From positions 3,909-67,908 of the forward strand of contig CAYZWT010000019.1 of NCBI GenBank assembly GCA_964482225.1: a stretch of DNA of 64,000 nt. The letters are read 5' to 3'. Each line of letters opens with the position of its first letter. The stretch's first letter is position 1. Source of the stretch: an uncultured Anaerolineales bacterium (GTDB lineage Bacteria; Chloroflexota; Anaerolineae; UBA1429). Below, piece by piece: positions 23,639 to 32,511 of the stretch. Both the position numbers and the translations under genes were made by a program. A model generated the notes under the pieces. That model saw only the letters and a program-made list of their open reading frames with translations, made no database searches and was not told the DNA's origin.

Positions 23639-23773
23639 CAGATCAAAAGCCTCCTAGAGTGGGCTAACAGGCAAAGAGTTCGGTCCCGCGCACGATTCTA
23701 CACCGCGAACCGGCGCGGGCCAAACGCGCGCCTGGTCCACGCGGCTATGGCGGCCCATGGCCAAGGCCCTGTG

Positions 23774-23992
23774 CTATGAGATGCGCTTGGCGGGATACCC
23801 GATCTCATCGAGGAGCTGCTCGGCCTGGGCCAGCGCCGCCTCGCTATCATACTCTAGCGTCACGGTCTTGCCGGGCACATCCACCGATAGCACCCTGGCC
23901 CCTTCGACGGCCTCGAGTTCGCGCTGGATGGTCATGGCGCAGTGCTGGCAAGAGATATTCTCGGCCAACAACCGGATCTGGTTGCTCATCAT
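23774..23992 (-). CDS. copZ: heavy-metal-associated copper chaperone
   Basis: 72 aa. HMA metal site ISCQHCAMTIQREL (CxxC) and ferredoxin-like length. GAGGAGAAAG SD. Confidence 0.85.
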   Translation of the reverse strand: MMSNQIRLLAENISCQHCAMTIQRELEAVEGARVLSVDVPGKTVTLEYDSEAALAQAEQLLDEIGYPAKRIS

Positions 23993-24010
23993 CTTTCTCC
24001 TCGTATCATT

Positions 24011-24025
24011 TACCCCACTGGGGTA
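24011..24025. promoter_or_regulatory. CsoR-type operator-like palindrome upstream of copZ
   Basis: TACCCC-ACT-GGGGTA lies 19 nt upstream of the copZ start, flanked by A/T (ATTTACCCCACTGGGGTATACAT). It resembles the GC-tract inverted repeats bound by CsoR-family repressors. Confidence 0.5.
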
Positions 24026-24467
24026 TACATAGAATAGCGCCAGTTGCGCTATCTGTCAATACATCCTCAATTTGCTGGCAGGGTTTTGCCAAGGCCGTGA
24101 TCATGTATATTGGGCCTCCCGCTTCCGGCCAGGTTTGGCGAATGGCCTGACGTAACCGGGCCGGGCGTCCGAGATGCAGGGGCGCCTGCGAGTCGTCCTC
24201 AAGACGGTACCGCTGTCGCGTTCTGTGCAGTGGCTGTCGCAGGCCTTATCTTGAAGCGTCTGGTGGACAAGCCCCTGACTTGCAGAGCCTCTCCGTTCTT
24301 GGCTAGAATACGATTGGATCAGGCGCATCCGCCCTCATGAATGCGCTGCGCCTACCGGCACAGTTCGCCCATGAGCAGGGCGAGCATGCCTCGGCGAGAG
24401 GATGGATATTCGTAATCTGGGCCTTGACCAAGCCCTGCCAGTTTTCGACGTGAGAAGGGAGCAACGC

Positions 24468-24839
24468 ATGCGCAGGATACGGATCACAGCGGGCGATGTC
24501 TCGGCAGAGGCAACGCTACACGACAACGCCACCGCCGACGCCATCTGGGAGGCCCTGCCCATCGAGGCGCGGGGCAGCACCTGGGGCGACGAGATCTATT
24601 TCGGGATCCCCGTCTATCTGGAGGAGGATGGCGGGCGTGAGGTGGTGGAGCTAGGAGATCTGGGCTATTGGCCGCCCGGCCACGCCTTTTGCATCTTTTT
24701 CGGGCGCACGCCCATGAGCCGTGGCAACGAGATCCGCCCCGCCAGCGCGGTGAACGTTTTGGGGCGGGTGGAGGGCGATCCCAAGGTGTTTACCCGTGTG
24801 CCTTCCGGGGCGATGGTCAAGCTGGAGCGCGTGGAATAG
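24468..24839 (+). CDS. cyclophilin-like fold protein (DUF3830-like)
   Basis: MRRIRITAGDVSAEATLHDNATADAIWEALPIEARGSTWGDEIYF..GDLGYWPPGHAFCIFFG. GAAGGGAG SD precedes ATG 24468. Confidence 0.7.
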   Translation: MRRIRITAGDVSAEATLHDNATADAIWEALPIEARGSTWGDEIYFGIPVYLEEDGGREVVELGDLGYWPPGHAFCIFFGRTPMSRGNEIRPASAVNVLGRVEGDPKVFTRVPSGAMVKLERVE

Positions 24840-24863
24840 TCGCCGAGCCGGTGGGGCGCTGTT

Positions 24864-25298
24864 TTAGGCGTCCCCGCCGGCGCGCAAGAGCGCATTTTCC
24901 TGGGTGGCCATGTCTTGAAGGGTGGCTCCCTCCAGGGTAACGAGAAGCTGCTCCTGGGCGTGGCGCAGCACGGGATACAGGGCGCAGGTCTCGCGCCGGT
25001 CGCAGCTCTCAAAAGGGGCCAGGCAACGGCTCAGGGCGATGGGGCCCTCTACCGATTCGACAATCTCGCGCAGGGTGATCTCCTGGGGCGGGCGCGCCAA
25101 TGAAAAGCCGCCCTTGGCCCCGCGATGGGAGCGCAGAATCCCCCCCTTGGCCAGATCCTGCAGGATCTTGGCCAGGTAGCTCTCGGGGATGCCCTCCTCA
25201 CGCGCAATGTCGCCCACCAGCGCGATCGCATTGGCGGGCAGCTTGGCCAGATAGATCACGCCCCTGGCCCCATAATCGGTGCCCCTGGTCAAGCGCAC
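24864..25298 (-). CDS. Rrf2 family transcriptional regulator with Fe-S-type Cys triad
   Basis: VRLTRGTDYGARGVIYLA.., wHTH IPESYLAKILQDLAKGGILRSHRGAKGG, and Cys cluster SRCLAPFESCDRRETC. GTG 25298 lies 5 nt after GGAGGAGG. Confidence 0.85.
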   Translation of the reverse strand: MRLTRGTDYGARGVIYLAKLPANAIALVGDIAREEGIPESYLAKILQDLAKGGILRSHRGAKGGFSLARPPQEITLREIVESVEGPIALSRCLAPFESCDRRETCALYPVLRHAQEQLLVTLEGATLQDMATQENALLRAGGDA

Positions 25299-25420
25299 AG
25301 TCGCCTCCTCCGGTTCGCCAGAATCTTGCAGGCATTCTATCATAGAGCCAGGCTGCATACAAGATGAATGCACGCCTTTTTGTCCGAGCCAAGCCTCGCT
25401 TCAGGTTGAGGAGCAAGCCC

Positions 25421-27235
25421 ATGAGCCATCGTTGCGACGTTCTGGTCATCGGGGGCGGCGGCGCCGCGCTGCGCGCGGCTCTGGCAGCCCACGAGACGGC
25501 CCCGCAGCTCGATATCCTGCTGGTCACCAAGGGCGCCCTGGGCGCCAGCGGCGTCACGGCCACCGCCTGCTCCGACCGCATGGCCTTTCACGCCACGCTG
25601 CCCACCACCGAGCCCGGCGGCCCCGACGCCTGGCGTCACCACGCCGACGACATCTATCGCATCGGCGGGCAGGTTTCCGATGCGGACCTGGCCGCCGTGC
25701 TGGCCCGCGAGGCGGCCTCGGCCTTTGATTACCTGGATCGGCTGGGCGTGCCCTGGGCGCGGCAGGCCGATGGCCGGGTGGATCAGTTCCACACAGACGG
25801 CTCGACCTATGCGCGGGCTTGCTATACGGGACCCTATACCGCCAACCATATTGAGGCGGCCCTGCTGGCGCGCCTGCGGCAGATCCCGATCCGCGTGCTG
25901 GAGCGTCACATGGCCGCCGAGTTGCTGCGCGATCCCCAGGGGCGCGTCAGCGGCGCGCTGCTGCTCTCCCAAGAGAGCGACCAGGCCCTGGCCATTTCGG
26001 CGGGGGCGGTGGTGTTGGCCACGGGCGGCGCGGGCCAGGCCTTTGCCGTCAATGTCTTTCCCCCAGATTGCACCGGCGACGGCTATGCCCTGGCCTATCG
26101 CGCCGGCGCCGAGCTGGTCAACCTGGAGTTCATCCAGATCGGGCTCTGTTCGCTGGCCACGGGGCTGGCCTGCTCCGGCAGCATGATGCGCGCCCTGCCC
26201 CGCCTGGTGGATGAGACGGGGCGCGAGTTCCTGGCGGGGTACATGCCGGGCCTGTCGCCCGCCGAGAGATACGCCATCCTCTTTGCCAAGGGGGCCAGTT
26301 GGCCCGTTTCCTACCGCGAATCCTCCCACGTCATTGATATCGCCGTGGCCGCCGAGATCGCCCAGGGCCGGCGCGTGTTCATGGATTATGGCCGCGACCC
26401 GCAAGGGTTGGAGCTGGCCCAACTGCCCGAGGCGATCCATGCCTGGTTTGCCCGTGAAAAGGGGCTGCCGCTGGATGCGGGCCACGAGCTGGCGACGCCC
26501 CTGGCGCGCCTGTTGGCCATCAACCGCCCGTCGGTGGATTGGCTGGCCGAGCGGGGGGTGGACCTGCAGGCGGGCGACATGGTCGAGATCGCGCCTGCCG
26601 TGCAACACTTTCAGGGGGGGATCAAGATCCGCACCGGCGCCGAGACGAGCGCGCCGGGCCTGTTTGCCGCCGGAGAGACGGCGGGCGGCCAGCACGGGGC
26701 CAACCGCCCCGGCGGCAACGCCCTGCTGGATGCCCAGGTATTCGGGCGCATTGCGGGGGTCAGCGCCGCCGCCTATGCCCAGGCCCAGGCCGCCGCTGCG
26801 CCCCCAGGGCCGGAGGAGGCCCGGCGGGCCATCGAGTCGCTTTTGCGGCCCGGCGGCGCGCCCGCTGCCGAGGCCGCGCAGGCCATCCGGGCGAGTATGT
26901 CGGCGGCCTGCGGCGTGCGCCGCACCGAGGCGGGGCTGGACCAATTGCGGCGCGAGTTGGCCGCTCTGGACGCATCGGGCATTGACCGCGACGGCGTCCC
27001 CCTCTGGCAGGCCATCGAGGCGCTCAACCTCTTGCAGGCAGCCCGCATGATCGCCCTGGCCGCCCACCGGCGCGACGAGAGCCGGGGACCGCACCTGCGC
27101 TTTGCCGGCGCCGAGAGCCTGCGGCCCATCCCCCGCGACGACGTCGGCTGGAACCGGTACATCGTGATTCGCCAGGGAGAGGGCGGCCCCGTGGCCGAGC
27201 TACGCGAGCCGGTGCGCCCGCCCCAGGCGGATTGA
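25421..27235 (+). CDS. FAD-binding oxidoreductase, SdhA/FrdA/NadB-like flavoprotein
   Basis: Dinucleotide fold CDVLVIGGGGAALRAALAA, GLFAAGETAGGQHGANRPGGNAL, and a C-terminal helical domain. ATG 25421 lies after GAGGAG. Confidence 0.8.
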   Translation: MSHRCDVLVIGGGGAALRAALAAHETAPQLDILLVTKGALGASGVTATACSDRMAFHATLPTTEPGGPDAWRHHADDIYRIGGQVSDADLAAVLAREAASAFDYLDRLGVPWARQADGRVDQFHTDGSTYARACYTGPYTANHIEAALLARLRQIPIRVLERHMAAELLRDPQGRVSGALLLSQESDQALAISAGAVVLATGGAGQAFAVNVFPPDCTGDGYALAYRAGAELVNLEFIQIGLCSLATGLACSGSMMRALPRLVDETGREFLAGYMPGLSPAERYAILFAKGASWPVSYRESSHVIDIAVAAEIAQGRRVFMDYGRDPQGLELAQLPEAIHAWFAREKGLPLDAGHELATPLARLLAINRPSVDWLAERGVDLQAGDMVEIAPAVQHFQGGIKIRTGAETSAPGLFAAGETAGGQHGANRPGGNALLDAQVFGRIAGVSAAAYAQAQAAAAPPGPEEARRAIESLLRPGGAPAAEAAQAIRASMSAACGVRRTEAGLDQLRRELAALDASGIDRDGVPLWQAIEALNLLQAARMIALAAHRRDESRGPHLRFAGAESLRPIPRDDVGWNRYIVIRQGEGGPVAELREPVRPPQAD

Positions 27236-27296
27236 CCGTTTCTGGCGCCTATGGTAGCATCGGTGACATCTCGAGAGCTAGCAAAGGAAACGGGTC

Positions 27297-28292
27297 ATGC
27301 AAGTCGGTAGAAACGATCCCTGCCCCTGTGGCAGCGGGAAAAAGTACAAGAACTGCTGCATGCGCCAGGATCGTGTGCAGGCCGCCCGCGTGGTGAACCA
27401 GGCTCCCCTACAAACCGCCCTGTTTTATGAGGTGATCGAGTTCCTCGATCACCCGCGCTTTACAGAGGGCCTGGATGAGGGGCTGGACATCTTTTGGGGC
27501 GGGCATTACTCGGTGGACGTACTCTCTGCCTTGCAGGACGATGACAAACGGCGCTTTATCGAGTGGTTCATCCACGACTATCGCTATGGCGATGAGCGCC
27601 GCTATATCATTGACCTGTTCATCGAGCGCGAGGGGCACCGGCTGAACGAGGAGGCGCGCCAACTGCTCGACGCCTGGTCGGCTTCGGCGATGACGCTGGC
27701 GCGCCACCTGCGGCGCACGGGCGATGACCGCATCGCGGTGTACGATCCGCTGCGCGAGTCCGAGTACGAGATCGCGAGCCGCCTGATGGCCACCAATGGG
27801 CGGCCCGGCGACCTGCTGATGGGGCGCCTGTACGAGCTGGAGGGCGCCAGACATCTCTCCGTCACAACCTTGCTCTTGCCTGCCGAGTACGAGCAACCCC
27901 TGGTCGAGTATGTGCGCAACGCCTATCGCATCTGTTGCGACGAGCATCCCGGAGCATCGTGGGAGCAGTTCTTGCGGCGGCACGGCCACATGATGAACAT
28001 ATTCCTGCTCTCCGATCGCGCCCAGGCGCTGCGCGCCCTGATCGGGCCAGGCACCCGCTTTTATGATCCCGCCGCCACCCGCGACCGGATGCGCGAGATC
28101 CAGCGGCGCATACGCCAGCAAGGGGACGACGACGAGCTGATGACCCTGGATGACTTGGAGCCGTTGTTGCACATGCACCACACCGCCGGGGGCATCGTGT
28201 TGCCGGGCCATGAGGAGCCGGAGGAAGACGAGCCCGCCCAAGATGCGCCGCCCAAGCGCCCCACCATCTTGCTGCCTGGCCGCGACGACTGA
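27297..28292 (+). CDS. SEC-C metal-binding motif protein of unknown function
   Basis: N-terminal RNDPCPCGSGKKYKNCC. The remaining ~300 aa are uncharacterised. Confidence 0.7.
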   Translation: MQVGRNDPCPCGSGKKYKNCCMRQDRVQAARVVNQAPLQTALFYEVIEFLDHPRFTEGLDEGLDIFWGGHYSVDVLSALQDDDKRRFIEWFIHDYRYGDERRYIIDLFIEREGHRLNEEARQLLDAWSASAMTLARHLRRTGDDRIAVYDPLRESEYEIASRLMATNGRPGDLLMGRLYELEGARHLSVTTLLLPAEYEQPLVEYVRNAYRICCDEHPGASWEQFLRRHGHMMNIFLLSDRAQALRALIGPGTRFYDPAATRDRMREIQRRIRQQGDDDELMTLDDLEPLLHMHHTAGGIVLPGHEEPEEDEPAQDAPPKRPTILLPGRDD

Positions 28293-28336
28293 GCGCGCCC
28301 GGCCGCTCTTCCGGAACATGCGAACAGGAGAGAGTC

Positions 28337-29065
28337 TTGCCCAACATCAAGGCCGTTCTGCTGGATCTGGACGATACCCTATTGATCAACGACATGGAGA
28401 CCTTTTCGCCCCACTATTACCGGGCGCTCCTGAACAAAATGAGAGGGGTTTGCCCCCCAGGCGCCTTTGTGGAGGCGCTCAACCAGGGCGTGCGGGCCAT
28501 GGTGCACAACGACGGCCGCCAGGGTACCAACGCCGAGGTCTTTGGCCGCGAGTTCTACCGGCGGCTGGATCGCGACCCGCAAGAGATCGAGCCGATCCTG
28601 TACGAGTTCTATGCCAACGAGTTCGAGGAGCTGGCCCAGTATACCGAGCCGGACCCGGTCGCCCGTGAACTGGTGCAGCTCTTGCGGGCGCGGGGCTACC
28701 AGATCGCCATCGCCACCCAGCCCCTGTTCCCCCGCATCGCCATCGAGGCGCGCCTGCGTTGGGCCGGCGTCGGCGCGGACGAGTTTCCGTACGACCTGAT
28801 CACCTCCTATGAGATCATGCGCGCCTGCAAGCCGCGCACAGCCTATTTCGAGGCGGTTCTCCAACAGCTTGGCCGCCGTGCGCCCGAGGCGCTCATGGTG
28901 GGCGATAGCCCCGAGTCCGACATGCCCGCCGGGCGCATGGGTTTCTACACCTTTTGGGTGGATCGGGGTCGCCTGGCCGAGGAGCCGGATGTAGCGAGCG
29001 ACGCACGCGGCAGCCTCAGCGATCTCTATGCGCTGATAGAAACAGGAGCGATCAATGCACTCTGA
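28337..29065 (+). CDS. HAD-superfamily hydrolase
   Basis: Motif I AVLLDLDDTLL (DxDxT), motif III/IV MVGDSPESD. TTG start after AGGAGAGAG. Confidence 0.8.
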   Translation: MPNIKAVLLDLDDTLLINDMETFSPHYYRALLNKMRGVCPPGAFVEALNQGVRAMVHNDGRQGTNAEVFGREFYRRLDRDPQEIEPILYEFYANEFEELAQYTEPDPVARELVQLLRARGYQIAIATQPLFPRIAIEARLRWAGVGADEFPYDLITSYEIMRACKPRTAYFEAVLQQLGRRAPEALMVGDSPESDMPAGRMGFYTFWVDRGRLAEEPDVASDARGSLSDLYALIETGAINAL

Positions 29066-30227
29066 CACATGGTCCCCCCGCTTGCTGGCCTTGCGAGAGC
29101 TGGCCGCCGGCGCCTTTGCAGAGGCTTTTGGCGGCGAGCCTGAACTGTGGGTGGCGGCCCCAGGCCGGGTGAACCTGATCGGCGAGCACACCGACTATAA
29201 CGACGGCTTTGTGTTGCCCGCAGCCATTGACCGGCATGTGCTGATGGCCGTCTCGCCCCGCCAGGATCGCCAGGTGCACCTGGTGGCCGCCGATTTTCCC
29301 GCCCGCGCCAGCTTTTGCCTGGACGAGATCGTCCACGACCCGAGCCAGCGTTGGAGCGAGTACCAGCGCGGGGTGGCCTGGGCGCTGCAGGAGGCGGGCC
29401 ACCGGTTGAACGGCTTGAACGCCGTCCTGGTCAGCGATGTGCCTGTGGCATCGGGGCTCTCTTCGTCGGCAGCCCTCGAGATGGCCATGGCCTATGCCTT
29501 TCAAGTGACGTGCGGCCTGGAGCTGGATGGGGTGCAGCGGGCGCTGCTGGGCCAAAAGGCCGAGAACCAGTTCGTGGGCATGAACTGCGGCATCATGGAC
29601 CAGTACATCGTCTCCCTGGGCAAGCGCGGCCACGCCCTCTTGATAGATTGCCGCAGCCTGGAATATACCTTGGTGCCCGTGCCCGCCGGGTGCGACGTGG
29701 TCATCTGCGATACGAAAAAGCGCCGGGGCCTGGTGGATAGCGAGTACAACCGCCGCCGCCAAGAGTGCGAGCGCGGGGCCGAGGCGCTGGGGGTCAGGGC
29801 GCTGCGCGATGTGACGCCCGAGGCGTTCGCGGCGCGCCAGAGCGAGCTGGACGAGATCACCCGCATGCGCTGCCGCCACGTGATCACCGAGAACCAGCGC
29901 ACCCTGGATGGCGTCGAGGCGCTGCGGCGCGGCGACGTGGCCCTCTTTGGCGCGCTGATGAACGCCTCGCACGCCAGCCTGCGGGACGACTATCAGGTCA
30001 GTTGTGACGAGCTGGATATCATGGTAGAGGCGGCCCAGCGCCAGCCGGGCGTCCTGGGGGCGCGCATGACGGGGGCGGGCTTTGGCGGCTGCACCGTCAG
30101 CCTGGTGCGCTCGGAGCACACGCCCGCCTTTGGCCGCGAGGTCGCCCGCGCCTATACAAAAGAGACCGGAGTGACACCCGATGTCTATGTCTGCCAGGCT
30201 GAAGACGGCGTCCGCCGCCTCGACTGA
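29055..30227 (+). CDS. galK: galactokinase
   Basis: GRVNLIGEHTDYNDGFVLPAAI signature, GHMP ATP site PVASGLSSSAALE, and MTGAGFGGC. Confidence 0.92.
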   Translation: MHSDTWSPRLLALRELAAGAFAEAFGGEPELWVAAPGRVNLIGEHTDYNDGFVLPAAIDRHVLMAVSPRQDRQVHLVAADFPARASFCLDEIVHDPSQRWSEYQRGVAWALQEAGHRLNGLNAVLVSDVPVASGLSSSAALEMAMAYAFQVTCGLELDGVQRALLGQKAENQFVGMNCGIMDQYIVSLGKRGHALLIDCRSLEYTLVPVPAGCDVVICDTKKRRGLVDSEYNRRRQECERGAEALGVRALRDVTPEAFAARQSELDEITRMRCRHVITENQRTLDGVEALRRGDVALFGALMNASHASLRDDYQVSCDELDIMVEAAQRQPGVLGARMTGAGFGGCTVSLVRSEHTPAFGREVARAYTKETGVTPDVYVCQAEDGVRRLD

Positions 30228-31359
30228 GGGGCGCCGGGGGGCCCTCTATACCGCCTTTTTGAGCATGATCCTGATGGGCGCCACCGTCTCGATGACGGGC
30301 GCCCTCTTGCCGTCCATCGTGGCCGACCTGGGCCTGAGCGATGGCCAGGCCGGGCTGCTGGTGGCCAGCCCCGCCGTGGGCTATGTGGTCACGGCCCTGC
30401 TGGCGGGGGCCCTGGGCGATGCCTGGGGCTTTCGGCGCGTCTGGATCATTGGCGTGGCGCTGGGCTGGCTGGCGTTGCTGGCGGTGGCCTTTTCGCCCGG
30501 GTACGGTTGGATGCTGCCCGCCATGGTGGCATTGGGGCTGGTCTCGGGCGCCTTTGACGGGGCCATCAACCCGCTGATCGCCGGGCTATATGGCGAGCGT
30601 TCCGGGGGCATCCTGAACAGCGTGCACCTGTTCTTTGGCATGGGCGCCACCATCACCCCCTTTCTGATCAGCCTGGGGCTGCGCTATGGCCTGGGCTGGC
30701 GCTGGCACTTTGGCCTGCTCTCTTTCTATGTACTGCTGATCGGCGTCGTGATCCTGCGGACGCGCTTTCCGGCCCCGCCCCCGCAACCAGAGGAAAGCGA
30801 GCCCCTTTCCACGGGCCAGATCCTGCGGAGGCGCCTGGTGCTGGTGGCCGTGCTGGTCATGTTCCTGTATGTGGGGGCCGAGTCCAGCGTCTTTGCCTGG
30901 TCGGCCCTGTTCCTACAGCGGCTGCGGGGCGTGCCCGTGGCGACGGCCAGCCTGAGCGTGTCGCTCTTTGGCGGCAGCATCATGCTGGGGCGGCTGATCT
31001 GTGGCCAGATCGCCGAGCGGGTGGGCTACAAGCGGCTGATCGTGGCCGGATCGCTGCTGGGCGCGGTGGGGATCGCCGTGCTGCTCTGGGGGCCGGGGGC
31101 CCTGAGCCCCTGGCTGGGCGTGGGCCTGGCCGGGCTGGCCTATGCGGGCATCTTTGCCACCATCATGGCCGAGGTCACGGGGCGCTCCCCCGGCTACCAG
31201 GGCACCGTATCGGGGCTGCTCTGCTCGGCGGGCGGCCTGGGGCAGATCGTGTTCCCCTGGGCCGTGGGCATGCTCTCCGAGGCCGCCGGTCTGCCCGTGG
31301 GCATGGGGCTGGTGCTGGGCATCTCGGCGCTCATGGGCCTGCTGTACCTGCTCACCTGA
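30181..31359 (+). CDS. MFS transporter
   Basis: 392 aa, ~12 TM, with a typical MFS loop GALGDAWGFRRV. The start is uncertain (it overlaps galK by 47 nt). Confidence 0.8.
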   Translation: MSMSARLKTASAASTEGRRGALYTAFLSMILMGATVSMTGALLPSIVADLGLSDGQAGLLVASPAVGYVVTALLAGALGDAWGFRRVWIIGVALGWLALLAVAFSPGYGWMLPAMVALGLVSGAFDGAINPLIAGLYGERSGGILNSVHLFFGMGATITPFLISLGLRYGLGWRWHFGLLSFYVLLIGVVILRTRFPAPPPQPEESEPLSTGQILRRRLVLVAVLVMFLYVGAESSVFAWSALFLQRLRGVPVATASLSVSLFGGSIMLGRLICGQIAERVGYKRLIVAGSLLGAVGIAVLLWGPGALSPWLGVGLAGLAYAGIFATIMAEVTGRSPGYQGTVSGLLCSAGGLGQIVFPWAVGMLSEAAGLPVGMGLVLGISALMGLLYLLT

Positions 31360-31370
31360 CGGGAGGCGAG

Positions 31371-32507
31371 ATGCGCCCCCTTGCGCTGGCGCTCTTTTGG
31401 GGCTCGGCCGCCGTCATCGCCTATGCCTACCTGGGCTATCCTTTGCTCCTGGCTTTGCTGGGGCGTTTCCTCCGCCCACGCCACACCGACGACGTGACCC
31501 CTGCGGTGGACGTGGTGATCGCCGCCTATAACGAGGCGGGCTGCATCGAGGCCAAGTTGGAGAACACCCTGGCCCTGGACTATCCCGCCGACCGGCTGCG
31601 CATCTGGGTCGTTACCGACGGCTCCACCGACGCCACCCCCGACCTTGTGCAGCGCTATGCCCCGCGCGAGGTGACCCTGCTGCACCGGCCGGAGCGCCAG
31701 GGCAAGGCGGCGGCCCTGGCCCGCGCCTTGCCCCACCTGGTGGGCGAGGCGATCCTGTTCACCGACGCCAATTGCAGCCTGCCCCCCCACGCGTTGCGCC
31801 GCATGGCGCGCCACCTGGCCGATCCGCAGGTGGGGGGCGTCAGCGGGGCCAAGCGTGTGGCGAGGGCCGGGTCCTCGGAGGGGGAGAACCTGTACTGGCG
31901 CTACGAGGGCTGGCTCAAGGCGCTGGATGCCCGCCTGGGCTCGGTGATGGGTGCGCCGGGCGAGGTCTGGCTGGCGCGGCGCGCGGCCTATCGCCCCCCG
32001 CCGCCGGACATCCTGTTGGACGATTTCTACGCCTCCATTGAGATGGCGGCGCGGGGCTGGCGCGTGGCCTACGAGCCGGACGCCTGGTCGCTGGAGCCTG
32101 CCTCGCCCGACCTGGGGGCCGAGTGGCAGCGGCGGGTGCGCAACGCCGCCGGAGGCTGGCAGGCCGTCTTGCGCCTGAGGGCCGTGTGGCGGGGCGGGGC
32201 GCGCCTGGTGTTCCAGTACCTCTCGCACCGGGTGCTGCGCTGGGTGGCCGCGCCGCTCTTGCTGCCCCTGCTGCTGCTGGCGAATTTGCTCCTGCTGCCC
32301 CACCCCGTGTACACCCTGTTGCTGGCGGCCCAGGGCCTGTTCTACGCGGCGGCCCTGGCCGGATGGGCTCTGGCGCGGCAAGGGCGACGGGCCGGATGGC
32401 TCGCCGCCCCTCTGGCGGTAGTCATGCTCAACGCCGCGGCGCTGGCCGGCGGCTGGCGCTATCTGCGCGGGCAACACACGGTGCTGTGGCCCAAAGTGCG
32501 GCCATAG
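31371..32507 (+). CDS. glycosyltransferase family 2 (membrane-bound, processive-synthase-like)
   Basis: VDVVIAAYNEAGCIE..LDYP..VVTDGSTD, with an N-terminal TM and C-terminal TM helices. Confidence 0.85.
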   Translation: MRPLALALFWGSAAVIAYAYLGYPLLLALLGRFLRPRHTDDVTPAVDVVIAAYNEAGCIEAKLENTLALDYPADRLRIWVVTDGSTDATPDLVQRYAPREVTLLHRPERQGKAAALARALPHLVGEAILFTDANCSLPPHALRRMARHLADPQVGGVSGAKRVARAGSSEGENLYWRYEGWLKALDARLGSVMGAPGEVWLARRAAYRPPPPDILLDDFYASIEMAARGWRVAYEPDAWSLEPASPDLGAEWQRRVRNAAGGWQAVLRLRAVWRGGARLVFQYLSHRVLRWVAAPLLLPLLLLANLLLLPHPVYTLLLAAQGLFYAAALAGWALARQGRRAGWLAAPLAVVMLNAAALAGGWRYLRGQHTVLWPKVRP

Positions 32508-32511
32508 GGGG

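Noticed and set aside
25340-27094. Very long antisense or alternative-frame ORFs (also 5296..6612, 6763..8112, 40079..41956, 49636..51393, 29052..30119, 31194..32762, 12943..14319 and many others)
   Set aside because: These are typical shadow ORFs of GC-rich DNA. Their products are Arg/Gly/Pro/Ala-rich with no motifs. Each lies opposite or out of frame to a gene with clear family signatures.
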